Part shown: one piece after another, positions 18,304-27,447 of the stretch
Layout: every line of letters begins with the position of its first letter
Position numbering within the stretch: the stretch's first letter is position 1
Origin: Acidobacteriota bacterium
GTDB lineage: Bacteria; Acidobacteriota; Polarisedimenticolia; JACPZX01
Length of the DNA: 64,000 bases
Direction: 5' to 3'
Assembly: GCA_016195325.1 (NCBI GenBank)
Contig: JACPZX010000030.1
Span: forward strand, 103,043 to 167,042
Program-made: the position numbers and the translations under genes
The notes under the pieces: model-generated
Databases searched by the model: none
The model's input: the letters and a program-made list of their open reading frames with translations, nothing else
What the model was told of the DNA's origin: nothing

Positions 18304-18500
18304 GAATTCTCCGTTCGGGGGCCCCCTCCCCGGCGCGGCTCGCGGCGGCGGACTCTCCCGCGCGCGCCGTCGAGGGGGAGGAGACTACACCATCCGTCCG
18401 GCGCCCGCGCGGGGGCGGGACGGATCCGGAAACCTCTGTTATATTCCCGTCCTCTGTGACGCGGCGGAGGTGTCGCCGCGACGCACCCGCTGGGGAATCG

Positions 18501-21500
18501 ATGCTCTGCCTCAAGTGTTCCACGCCGAATCCCGACACCAGCCGCTTCTGCGCGACGTGCGGCGAGATCCTCCACGCCGACGACGACTCGGCGACGGGGA
18601 GCGGTGTCACCAAGGGATTCCTCCCCCCCACCGGGATCGGCGTCGTCACGCACGCGCTGATGCCGGGGACGATCCTCAACGATCGCTACCGCATCATCAC
18701 CACGATCGGCTCCGGCGGCATGGGGATGGTCTACAAGGCCGTCGATCTCCAGCTCGAGGTCCCCGTCGCGCTGAAGGTCATCCGCCCCGAGTACGCGAGC
18801 GACGACAAGATCCTCGAGCGGTTCAAGAAGGAAATCACGATCGCGCGGAAGGTCACGCACAAGAACGTCGCGCGCATCTACGACCTCGGCGAGTCCTCGG
18901 GCCTCAAGTACATCTCGATGGAGTTCATCGAGGGGCAGGACCTCGCGCACATCATCGAGCACGAGGCCCCTCTCGCCATCGAGAAGGTCGTCTCCATCCT
19001 GAGGCAGTGCTGCGCCGCCCTCGCGGAGGCCCACTCGATGGGGGTCGTCCACCGCGATCTCAAGCCGCACAACGTGATGATCGACGCGCACGGCGACGTG
19101 CACCTCATGGACTTCGGAATCGCGCTCGCGCAGGAGACGCGCGGCCTCACGCGCACCGGCGCCATCATCGGGACGCCGGAGTACATGTCCCCGGAGCAGG
19201 CCGAGGGGAAGAAGGTCGATCACAGGGCCGACATCTACTCGCTCGGGATCACCATCTACGAGGCGCTCACCGGCATCGTCCCCTTCTCGGGGACCACGCA
19301 GTGGGAGGTGATCCGGAAGCAGATCCAGGATCGGCCGCGCCCGCTCAAGAAGCTGAGGGCCGAGACCCCGTCGTGGATCGAGACGCTCGTCATCAAGTGC
19401 ATGGAGAAGGACCCGGGGCTGAGGTACCAGTCGATCGAGGAAATCGTGAGGGACCTCGATCGGCAGAAGGCGACGCGCGGCGTGAGGGCGTACGCCCCGA
19501 AGAAGCGGACCGTGGGCCTCACCATCGGGGCCGTCGCCCTGGTCCTCGCGGCGGCCGGCGTGACGCTGCTGGTGAGGCCGCGCGGGATCGTGGTCGGCCC
19601 CGGGGGGCGCACGTCGATCGCCGTCCTCCCGTTCGAGAACCAGACCGGGCGGACCGATCTCGACTGGCTGCGGACCGGCATCGCCGAGAACCTCTCCACC
19701 GACATGGCGCAGTCGAAGTACTTCCGCATCCTCACGCGCGAGCGCCTCGGGCAGATCCTCAAGGACTTCGGCAAGGAGCTGACGGGGCCGATCGACGGCG
19801 AGACGCTCGCCCGCGTCGCGGACTACGGCGGCGTCCAGGCGGTGGTCACGGGGTCGTTCGTGCGCGGGGGCGGCGACGCGCTGCGCATCAACCTGCGCGT
19901 CCAGGACCCGAAGTCCGGCGAGGGGATCGGCAGCTCGGTGGTGACGGGGACCGAGGGCGAGGTCCTCGCGATGATCGACCAGCTCACGCTCAAGACCAAG
20001 GAGCTCCTCAATTTCTCGCAGGAGAAGATCGCGACCGACGTCGACACGACCATCGCCTCGGCCCGAACGTCGTCGGTCGAGGCGGCGAGCCTGTACCAGC
20101 AGGGCGTCGACCTGATCGACCAGGGGCGCAATCTCGAGGCGATCAAGCCGCTCGAGCAGGCCACCGGGAAGGACGCCGATTTCGCGCTCGCGTACGCGAG
20201 GCTCTCGCAGGCCTACCGGGCGCTCGGCTACGACGACAAGGCCAGGACCGCCGGCGAGGCGGCCCTCTCGAAGGTGCTCAAGGCGATCGATCGCGTGACC
20301 CCCGCCGACCGGGCGTTCATCCGCGCGGCCCACGCCGCGGCCGCGCACAACGGCCAGGAGGCGATCGAGGCGTACGAGGAGATGGCGAAGGCCGATCCGT
20401 TCGATGCCACGGCGGCGTTCAGCCTCGGCCAGGCCCACGAGGTGATCGGCACCTACGACAAGGCGGAGGTCCACTACCGGAAAGCCCTCGAGATCGATCC
20501 GAAGTACACCCCTGCGCTGATGGCCGTCGGCCGCATCAAGATTCGCACCGGGCACCCGGATGAGAGCTTCTCCGAATTCCGGAAGGCGATCGAGGTGTAC
20601 CGCAAGGTCGGGAGCAAGGAGGGGGAAGCGTCCGGGTACCAGGCCATCTGCGAGGCGAACCTCGGCCTGCGTCGGTGGGAGGAGGCGCTCACCTACTGCA
20701 ACAAGTCCGCATCGATCAAGGAAACCATCGGCGACAAGCGCGGCCTCGCCGTCAGCCTCGCGAGCACGGCGTACATCCACCAGGTCTCGGGGCGCCTCGA
20801 CGAGGCCCTGAGGACGCAGCAGAGGGCGCTCGACATCAGCCGCGAGATCGGCGACACCGCGGGGACCGCGCTGGTCCTCACGACCCTGGGCAGCATCCTC
20901 GAGGACCGTGGGGCTCTCCCCGACGCCCTCAAAGCGCGGGAAGAGGCCCTTGGACTCTCGAGGCAGGTCGGGCGCCAGGCGGACGAAGGGGAGATTCTTC
21001 AAGCCCTGGGCTCGCTCCGCATCCAAGTGGGCGACCTCGCGCAGGCGGAGAAGGATCTCGACGGTGCGGCGGCCATCTACGCTCGCCTCGGCATCGCCGA
21101 GGGGACCGCTCAGGTCGTCTCGGACCAGGGGATGCTCGCCCTCGCGCGCGCCGAGATCGCGAGGGCCGACGATCTCCTCGGCCGCGCGATGTCGCAGTGG
21201 CGCTCGCTCGAGTCGGAAGAGGGCGTCTCCGAGACCCAGTACCGCCTCGCCCTCGTCGCGCTGAGGCGCGGTCTTTACGGCACCGCGCGCAAGCTCGCGA
21301 GCCAGGCCCTCGCCGATTACGAGAAAGCGGGAGATCGGCTCAACGTCGCACGCATCCAGCTCGCGATCGGGGTAATCTCGCTCCGCGCGGGTGACCCCGA
21401 GCGCGCAGCCGTCTCGCTGGACGCCGCGCTCGCCTCCGCGCGCACCGTCGGCAACCCGATCCTGCGCGCGGACGCCGAGGCGGCGCGTGCCGAAACGGCG

Positions 21501-22073
21501 CTGGCGTCGGGGAACCCGGCCGCGGCGGAGCCCCTCACGCAGTCCGTCTGCGCGCGCGCCGAGACGGGGCGCCTCGCGAGGCTCTCATTCGCCTGCGCCA
21601 TGTCGCGCGGCGCCTCCGCAATCGCGGCGCGCAATAAGGCGCTCGCTGCATCGCTCTCGGCCGACGCTCTCCAGCGCGCCACGGAGACCGGCCGACCGAT
21701 CGACACGCTGGACGCAACGCTGCTGCGCCTGCGAGCCCAGGCCTTGACCGCGGACCCGGCCGCGGCGGCGGCAGCGGGGATCACGGCCCTCGATCGCGCG
21801 GCCGCAGCCGGAGCGGGTGACGCCGTCCTGCGGGGAGCTCCGGCCGTGGGTCACATCCTCGCGTCGGGAGCGAGAGCGGATATCCCGCCGGGTATCGGTG
21901 CGGCCCTGGCCGCGGCGCTCGACGCGACCCGCAAGGACCTGCCGCCCGACGAGGTTGCAGGATTCCTCAAGCACGGCATGGACGCCGACGGGTGCCGCCA
22001 GTTCGCGCAGCATCTGCGGAAGCAGGGGCGCGCGGCCGACGCCGACCGGATCGAATCCCTCCTCAAGCCGTAG
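18501..22073 (+). CDS. Ser/Thr protein kinase with an N-terminal zinc ribbon, a single TM helix and a long C-terminal TPR-repeat region.
   Basis: Start trimmed to ATG at 18501 (MLCLKCSTPNPDTSRFCATCGE). Kinase subdomains GSGGMGMVYKA, VALK, HRDLKPHNVM, DFG, SPE. TM helix LTIGAVALVLAAAGVTLLV. Many TPR-like repeats follow. The upstream 68 codons of track ORF 18297 are unsupported. Confidence 0.85.
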   Translation: MLCLKCSTPNPDTSRFCATCGEILHADDDSATGSGVTKGFLPPTGIGVVTHALMPGTILNDRYRIITTIGSGGMGMVYKAVDLQLEVPVALKVIRPEYASDDKILERFKKEITIARKVTHKNVARIYDLGESSGLKYISMEFIEGQDLAHIIEHEAPLAIEKVVSILRQCCAALAEAHSMGVVHRDLKPHNVMIDAHGDVHLMDFGIALAQETRGLTRTGAIIGTPEYMSPEQAEGKKVDHRADIYSLGITIYEALTGIVPFSGTTQWEVIRKQIQDRPRPLKKLRAETPSWIETLVIKCMEKDPGLRYQSIEEIVRDLDRQKATRGVRAYAPKKRTVGLTIGAVALVLAAAGVTLLVRPRGIVVGPGGRTSIAVLPFENQTGRTDLDWLRTGIAENLSTDMAQSKYFRILTRERLGQILKDFGKELTGPIDGETLARVADYGGVQAVVTGSFVRGGGDALRINLRVQDPKSGEGIGSSVVTGTEGEVLAMIDQLTLKTKELLNFSQEKIATDVDTTIASARTSSVEAASLYQQGVDLIDQGRNLEAIKPLEQATGKDADFALAYARLSQAYRALGYDDKARTAGEAALSKVLKAIDRVTPADRAFIRAAHAAAAHNGQEAIEAYEEMAKADPFDATAAFSLGQAHEVIGTYDKAEVHYRKALEIDPKYTPALMAVGRIKIRTGHPDESFSEFRKAIEVYRKVGSKEGEASGYQAICEANLGLRRWEEALTYCNKSASIKETIGDKRGLAVSLASTAYIHQVSGRLDEALRTQQRALDISREIGDTAGTALVLTTLGSILEDRGALPDALKAREEALGLSRQVGRQADEGEILQALGSLRIQVGDLAQAEKDLDGAAAIYARLGIAEGTAQVVSDQGMLALARAEIARADDLLGRAMSQWRSLESEEGVSETQYRLALVALRRGLYGTARKLASQALADYEKAGDRLNVARIQLAIGVISLRAGDPERAAVSLDAALASARTVGNPILRADAEAARAETALASGNPAAAEPLTQSVCARAETGRLARLSFACAMSRGASAIAARNKALAASLSADALQRATETGRPIDTLDATLLRLRAQALTADPAAAAAAGITALDRAAAAGAGDAVLRGAPAVGHILASGARADIPPGIGAALAAALDATRKDLPPDEVAGFLKHGMDADGCRQFAQHLRKQGRAADADRIESLLKP

Positions 22074-22166
22074 GCCCCCCGACGCGCCCTCCCTGAAACA
22101 CGAAGGGCGCCGCCCGCCGGCATCCCGGCGAACGGCGCCCCCGAAATCCGAGCGACGCTTCGTCTC

Positions 22167-22970
22167 TTACAGCAGGGTGAGAGTGAAGATCAGCGTCGAG
22201 GCCTTCGCCTCGAGCTTGCCGGCGATGTTGCCGCCGGGCACGTTCGAGTTGTTGGGGATCGTCGTGCCGCTCCCCGCCAGGACGAAATTGATGAAGTTCT
22301 TCAGGCCGAGGATCGCGGCCGGCTTGTCCCCGGCGTTGATCGCGGCGTTCACGCTGAAGACCATGTTTCGGAGTGTCGACAGCGTCGTCGCGTCGATGTA
22401 CTTCTCGGCGTCCGACCCCGGGCCCAGCAGCCCGATGAGCGCGTTGATCTTGTTCTTGATGATCGTGTTGTTCGAGAGGGAGTCGTCGGCGATGAGGAAC
22501 TCGGAGAACCCAGGAATGCGGCTGCGCGGGTCTCCCGGAACCGGGATAATCGTAACATCCTCCCAACCGGCGTCCTTCGGCGGCGGGCAGACCGCGCGGA
22601 AGATGTGAGCGTTCGGGTCCGAGCTCTGGCTGTTCGTGTCGACGGTGTCGGTGAAGACCGCCGTCGTCTCGATGCGAATGACCGCGAAGTGGTTGTCCCC
22701 GGCCGGTACATTGAACCGCGACGGGATCGGCGTCCCGCAGGGGGACAGGCGGACACCGGGCGGGAGATCCGTTCTGGTGATCGTCGTGTTACCGCCGACG
22801 ATGACGTTCCCGAACACCAGCTTGATGTTTGCGTCGGGGAACTGGAGAACGAGGCCGTTGCCTACGGGAGTGTTCCCCGGGGGTGTGTCGGTGGCGGGAG
22901 TCTGCGAACTGGTCAGCGCCATCAGCGAAAGCGCGCACGCAACGGCAAGAACGGAGTTCCTGAGCTTCAT
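22167..22970 (-). CDS. Secreted hypothetical protein (Asn/Thr-rich), in a markedly lower-GC segment.
   Basis: Start chosen at ATG 22970 (MKLRNSVLAVACALSLMALTSSQT is a signal peptide). A-ending and T-ending codons are frequent, unlike the neighbours. No family recognised. Confidence 0.5.
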   Translation of the reverse strand: MKLRNSVLAVACALSLMALTSSQTPATDTPPGNTPVGNGLVLQFPDANIKLVFGNVIVGGNTTITRTDLPPGVRLSPCGTPIPSRFNVPAGDNHFAVIRIETTAVFTDTVDTNSQSSDPNAHIFRAVCPPPKDAGWEDVTIIPVPGDPRSRIPGFSEFLIADDSLSNNTIIKNKINALIGLLGPGSDAEKYIDATTLSTLRNMVFSVNAAINAGDKPAAILGLKNFINFVLAGSGTTIPNNSNVPGGNIAGKLEAKASTLIFTLTLL

Positions 22971-23144
22971 CTTGTTCTTCTCCAATGGGTCCGGCACACC
23001 GAGGCAGGCGACCAGCCGGTGCGAGGGAAGGTTGTCGCGGACCAGACAGTCCCCGAATTATACGCCGGAACGCCCGAATGGCAAGGCGAATCCGGACGGT
23101 CAAGCGAATCGGGAAACCCGGGAGTGTGGGCTTCCTCCCGGGCT

Positions 23145-23153
23145 GTGATACAA
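23145..23153 (+). promoter_or_regulatory. Candidate extended -10 promoter (TGaTACAAT) upstream of ptsN.
   Basis: TGATACAAT at 23145..23153, about 75 nt upstream of the ptsN ATG. The -35 is weak. Confidence 0.3.
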
Positions 23154-23227
23154 TCGCCCGCGTGCTCGTCGAGCGCGCCGCGCGGAGAACTCACTCCTCG
23201 GGACCCGAGGCAGGAAACTACCCGTCT

Positions 23228-23701
23228 ATGACCCACAAGGAGTTCATCTCCTACTTCCATCCCGAACTCTTCATTGCCGATCTCGAGGCCACGAGCAAGG
23301 ACAGTGCGATCGAGGAAGTCGTGGCGCACCTCGTGGAGAGGCGCCAGATCCGGAGCGGAACGGTCGTCGTCGAGGCGCTCAAGAAACGGGAGAGCCTCGG
23401 CAGCACCGGCATCGGCAAGTCTCTCGCGATCCCTCACGGGCGCACGACGGTGACGGGAAAACTCACCGTCGCCTACGCCCGGTCGGTGGCGGGAATCTCC
23501 TGGGAGTCGATCGACCACAAGCCGGTGCACTTCATCTTCCTCATCCTGGCGCCGCACCAGGAGAAGGACAACCACTACCTCCCCCTGCTCGGCAAGATCG
23601 TCGAGTTCGCGCGGGACGCCGGCGTGCGCAAGAAGCTCCTCAAGGTCGAAACGCACGAAGAGCTCATGGGGGTCCTCGAAGGAGCCCGGACGGCCTCATG
23701 A
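23228..23701 (+). CDS. ptsN: PTS EIIA type-2 (nitrogen-regulatory EIIA-Ntr, PtsN-like).
   Basis: MTHKEFISYFHPELFIADLEATSKDSAIEEVV...GIGKSLAIPHGR...VHFIFLILAP. The conserved phospho-His motif (AIPHG) is present. Confidence 0.75.
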   Translation: MTHKEFISYFHPELFIADLEATSKDSAIEEVVAHLVERRQIRSGTVVVEALKKRESLGSTGIGKSLAIPHGRTTVTGKLTVAYARSVAGISWESIDHKPVHFIFLILAPHQEKDNHYLPLLGKIVEFARDAGVRKKLLKVETHEELMGVLEGARTAS

Positions 23702-24039
23702 CCTCACGACTCGAGCAGATCATCATCCTCCAGGACCTCGACCTCATGATCCGCGAGATGAGCGATCACGCCACGACCTCCCAGCTCCGCAAGATCGGAT
23801 TCGAGCTCGACGAGGTGGCGACGCTCCGCGAGACGCGCGCCGAAATCGCCACGAAGATCGATCGCGATCTGCTGAACACGTACGATCGCCTGATGAAGCG
23901 ATACCCTCGCGCGGTCGCTCCGGTGCGCAGCGGCGTGTGCCTCGCATGTTTCATCAAGCAGCCCACGCAGCTCTCCGCGTCGGATCTCGAGAAGGTGCGG
24001 TTCTGCGAGCAGTGCAAGCGCATCCTCTACGCCATCTGA
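23698..24039 (+). CDS. C4-type zinc-ribbon domain protein (DUF164-like).
   Basis: 113 aa, overlapping the ptsN stop as ATGA. C-terminal CLACFIKQ...CEQCKRILY zinc ribbon. Confidence 0.55.
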   Translation: MTSRLEQIIILQDLDLMIREMSDHATTSQLRKIGFELDEVATLRETRAEIATKIDRDLLNTYDRLMKRYPRAVAPVRSGVCLACFIKQPTQLSASDLEKVRFCEQCKRILYAI

Positions 24040-24072
24040 CCGCCGAGCCGGCATGGCGCGCCGCAGGGCCTC

Positions 24073-24102
24073 TTGACACACTCGACGGGCATCCTTTATC
24101 GT
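24073..24102 (+). promoter_or_regulatory. Candidate sigma-70 promoter for the HU gene.
   Basis: Perfect -35 TTGACA (24073..24078), 18-nt spacer, -10 TATCGT (24097..24102). RBS GAGGTGA before the ATG at 24223. Confidence 0.35.
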
Positions 24103-24222
24103 AACTTCCGGCGTAACGAGGAGATGCGTGCCCTCTGCCCCGGGCCCGGCACTCCGTGCCGTAACGCTGATGTGGCGCCGTACGCGGGGGGTTGGCTGCA
24201 TTCTTCCCGGTGAGGTGATGAG

Positions 24223-24507
24223 ATGAACAAGGCGGACCTGGTGGAGAGGATTTTCGCCGAGCAGGGGCCAAAGGTCTCCAAGGCTCAGGCGGGTCGGGCG
24301 CTGGATTCGGTCATCAGCGGTATCACGGCGGCTTTGAAGAGAGGCGAGCGGGTCACCATCTCGGGATTCGGGACGTTCGCGGCCTCCAAGCGCCGCGCGC
24401 GCGTCGGCCGGAACCCGCAGACGGGAGCCCCGATCAACATACCTGCGCGCACCGTGGCCCGCTTCACGCCGGGCAAGGAACTGCGCCACGATTTAGAGAA
24501 GACCTGA
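24223..24507 (+). CDS. hup: HU/IHF-family nucleoid-associated DNA-binding protein.
   Basis: MNKADLVERIFAEQG...GERVTISGFGTFAASKRRARVGRNPQTGAPINIPARTVARFTPGKELR, the classic HU fold. 94 aa. Confidence 0.85.
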   Translation: MNKADLVERIFAEQGPKVSKAQAGRALDSVISGITAALKRGERVTISGFGTFAASKRRARVGRNPQTGAPINIPARTVARFTPGKELRHDLEKT

Positions 24508-24608
24508 ACCGGGCCCCGCGGCGCCGCGCGCTGCGGGTGACCCCGCGAGATCCCTGGATTCCAAGGAGCGGGAGACCGCTCCTTTTTCTTTTCGGACGCC
24601 GGAAACCG

Positions 24609-27413
24609 ATGAGCCCATCGTTTCGCTCGAAGCTCGTCCCATGGGTCGCCGCAGTCTTCGTCGTGGCGCTGGTCTCGGCCGCATCCTCCGCCGACACACC
24701 GTCGCTGTATCCGTGGGAGGGGAAGCGCCTCGACTCGGTGGCCCGCCCCGCCTCGGTCCTCGGCTACGAGCCGGGCACCCGCCTCGTCGATCACGCCGAC
24801 ACGCTCCGTTACTTCGACGCGCTCGCCGCCTCGTCGGATCGCGTCCGCCTGTTCGGCTATGCGCGATCGCACGAGGGGAGAATCCTGAGGTACGCGGTCG
24901 TCTCCTCGGCGGCCAACCTCGCGCGGCTCGAGGAATACCGCACGGCGATGGGGCGCCTCGCCGATCCCCGCGGGCTCGATGCCGCGGAGGCCGCAGAGAT
25001 CATCCGGCGCACGCCAGCCTTCGTCTGGCTCGCCTACGCCGTCCACGGGAACGAGCACTCGTCCACCGAGGCGGCCCTTTCCGTCGCGTACCACCTCGCG
25101 TCGGCCGACGACGAGCGCACGCGGGTCCTCCTCGACGGCGCGATCGTGTTCATCGATCCGATACAGAATCCCGACGGCCGCGATCGCTTCATCCGCTCGT
25201 ACCGCGAGGCCGCGGGCGTTGCGCCCGTCACCGACCCGGCCGCCGCGGAGCACGACGAGCCCTGGCCTTCGGGCCGCTTCAACCACGATCTCTTCGACAT
25301 GAACCGCGACTGGTTCTTCGAGACGCAGCCCGAGGTGCGCGGCAGGATTGCCGCGTTCCTCGCGTGGCGCCCGCTCATCTACGTGGACTTCCACGAGATG
25401 GGAACGGACCAGTCCTATTACTTCCCGCCCCCGGCGCGCCCGTTCAACCCCAACGTCGCCGAGAGCGCGTCGAAGTGGTTCCGGCTGATCGGCGAGGTGA
25501 ACGCGCGCACCTTCGACGCGCTCGGGTTCGACTACTTCACGCGCGAGGTCTTCGATCTCTTCTACCCCGGCTACGGCGACTCGTGGCCGACGCTCAGCGG
25601 GGCCATCGGCATGACGTACGAGGTCGGCGGCGCGCAGGGGCTCGCGATCGAGAGGAAGGACGGATCCATCCTCACGCTCAGGGACGCGATGCGCCGCCAC
25701 ATCGCGTCGAGCCTGGCCACCGTCGAGATGGCGGCCGCGCGGCGCGAGGAGCTGCTGCGCGACTACGCGGCCACGCGGCGCGCCGCCATCGAAGACTCGG
25801 GCCCCGTGAAGTCGTTCGTCGTCTCCGCCGAGCCCGACCCCGCGGGGGCGGCGCGGCTCGCGAATCTCCTCGCCTCCCAGGGGATCGACGTGGGGCTGGC
25901 GAAGGAGCCCTTCTCGACGCGCGTCACGCGCGGCGAGGGGGATGCGGCCGACGTGAAGTCGTTCCCGGCGGGAAGCCTCCTCGTCCCCCTGGCGCAGCCC
26001 GGCCGGCGTCTGGCGAGCGCCCTCTTCGAGCGCGACGTCGCCATCGAGGAGTCGGTCCTCAAGGACGCCGTCGAGAGGCGGCGTCTTCACGGAGATCCTC
26101 CGTTCTACGACTCGACGGCCTGGTCCCTTCCCCTGGCGATGAACCTTAAGTCCTACGAGGCGACCGAAACGCCGCGTGTCTCCCGGTCCTCGCTCACGCC
26201 CGCCCCCTCCCGGGGGCTCCCCGGACACGGGGTGCCCCCCGCCGGGCTCGACCCGTGGCCGCCGCCGATCGCCCGGACGATCGACGCGGGCGGAGCGGCG
26301 GCGGCTCCCGCCGAGGCGGGGTTCGCGTACCTTCTCCCCCCGGCCGGCAATGGGACTCTCGCGGCCTTCGCGTCGCTCGTCGCGCGCGACGACCTCGTGG
26401 TGGAGGTGGCGGCCAAATCGTTCACGGTCGGCGGCCGCTCGTATCCTCCCGGAACGTCGGTGCTCAAGGTCCGCCGCAACCCGCCGAACCTGGGCACGAT
26501 CATCGCGGAGGCGACGCGGACGTTCGGGGCGCCCTTCGGGACGACGTCGTCGGGGCTGGTCGACGCGGGAGTCGATCTCGGCAGCGCGTCCGTCGTCCGC
26601 GTGAAGATGCCGCGCATCGCGACGATCTACGGCGAGCCGGCGTCGCCCACCTCGGCCGGATGGGTTCAGTTCGTCCTCCGCGAGCAGTACGGTCTGAAGA
26701 TCGCGCCGATCCGCGCGCGGACGCTCGTCACCCAGGCGGACCTGCGGCGGTACGACGTCATCATCCTGCCCGACGGGAGCGCCGCAGGGTATCGCGAGGC
26801 GTTCGGGAAGGACGGCGTGGCGCTGCTGCGCAACTGGATGGAGGCGGGCGGCACGATGATCACCTTCAAGGGGGCCTCGGCCTTCGCCGTCTCGAAGGGG
26901 ACCGCGTGGGTCTCCTCGAAACAGGTCCGCCAGCCTCGCTCCGCGCCGATCGTCCCGGCCGGCGCCCCCGAGCCGGCCCCGGCTCCCTCCCCGGCCCCCG
27001 CCGCTCACGCGGAGGCCGACCCCAACGGCCCGGACGCCGACGCGGGCGACGAGGAGAGTCCTGCTTTCGTCCCCGGCGCGATTCTCAGAGTCGTCCTGGA
27101 GCCGTCGCACCCGCTCGCCTTCGGCTACGACGCCGAGGTCCCCGCGATGATCAGCTCGAGCCTCGTCTTCTCCCTCGCGCGGGACGGCGTCAACGTCGGG
27201 GTCTTCGCGGCGAAGGAGAGGCTGAGGCTCGGCGGCTTCATGTGGAAGGAGTCGATCGATCTCCTCGCGGGCAAGCCCTTCGTGATCGCCGAGAGACGCG
27301 GGCGCGGTACGGCCGTGCTCTTCGCCGACGACCCGGACTACCGGGGAGGGTGGGACGGCCTCAACCGCATGCTCCTGAACGCCGTCCTCCTGGTTCCGGC
27401 GTTCGACAACTGA
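24609..27413 (+). CDS. Secreted M14-family zinc carboxypeptidase with a large C-terminal extension, possibly a class-I glutamine-amidotransferase/DJ-1-like fold.
   Basis: Start trimmed to ATG 24609 (signal peptide MSPSFRSKLVPWVAAVFVVALVSAASSA). M14 motifs HGNEHSSTEA, NPDGRD, DFHEMG. C-terminal region ...YDVIILPDGSAAGYREAFGKDGVALLRNWMEAGGTMITFKGA. Confidence 0.8.
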   Translation: MSPSFRSKLVPWVAAVFVVALVSAASSADTPSLYPWEGKRLDSVARPASVLGYEPGTRLVDHADTLRYFDALAASSDRVRLFGYARSHEGRILRYAVVSSAANLARLEEYRTAMGRLADPRGLDAAEAAEIIRRTPAFVWLAYAVHGNEHSSTEAALSVAYHLASADDERTRVLLDGAIVFIDPIQNPDGRDRFIRSYREAAGVAPVTDPAAAEHDEPWPSGRFNHDLFDMNRDWFFETQPEVRGRIAAFLAWRPLIYVDFHEMGTDQSYYFPPPARPFNPNVAESASKWFRLIGEVNARTFDALGFDYFTREVFDLFYPGYGDSWPTLSGAIGMTYEVGGAQGLAIERKDGSILTLRDAMRRHIASSLATVEMAAARREELLRDYAATRRAAIEDSGPVKSFVVSAEPDPAGAARLANLLASQGIDVGLAKEPFSTRVTRGEGDAADVKSFPAGSLLVPLAQPGRRLASALFERDVAIEESVLKDAVERRRLHGDPPFYDSTAWSLPLAMNLKSYEATETPRVSRSSLTPAPSRGLPGHGVPPAGLDPWPPPIARTIDAGGAAAAPAEAGFAYLLPPAGNGTLAAFASLVARDDLVVEVAAKSFTVGGRSYPPGTSVLKVRRNPPNLGTIIAEATRTFGAPFGTTSSGLVDAGVDLGSASVVRVKMPRIATIYGEPASPTSAGWVQFVLREQYGLKIAPIRARTLVTQADLRRYDVIILPDGSAAGYREAFGKDGVALLRNWMEAGGTMITFKGASAFAVSKGTAWVSSKQVRQPRSAPIVPAGAPEPAPAPSPAPAAHAEADPNGPDADAGDEESPAFVPGAILRVVLEPSHPLAFGYDAEVPAMISSSLVFSLARDGVNVGVFAAKERLRLGGFMWKESIDLLAGKPFVIAERRGRGTAVLFADDPDYRGGWDGLNRMLLNAVLLVPAFDN

Positions 27414-27447
27414 CCGGAGGCGGTGGCTCGCCCTGAATTCGTGGGGT

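Noticed and set aside
15118-18459. 1113-aa plus-strand ORF antisense to the M1 peptidase and membrane protein genes
   Set aside because: Composition-driven open frame with no domain signatures. The opposite strand encodes clear HEXXH-E peptidase motifs.
18300-21026. 908-aa minus-strand ORF antisense to the Ser/Thr kinase
   Set aside because: No motifs, R/G/D-rich; the kinase frame is unambiguous.
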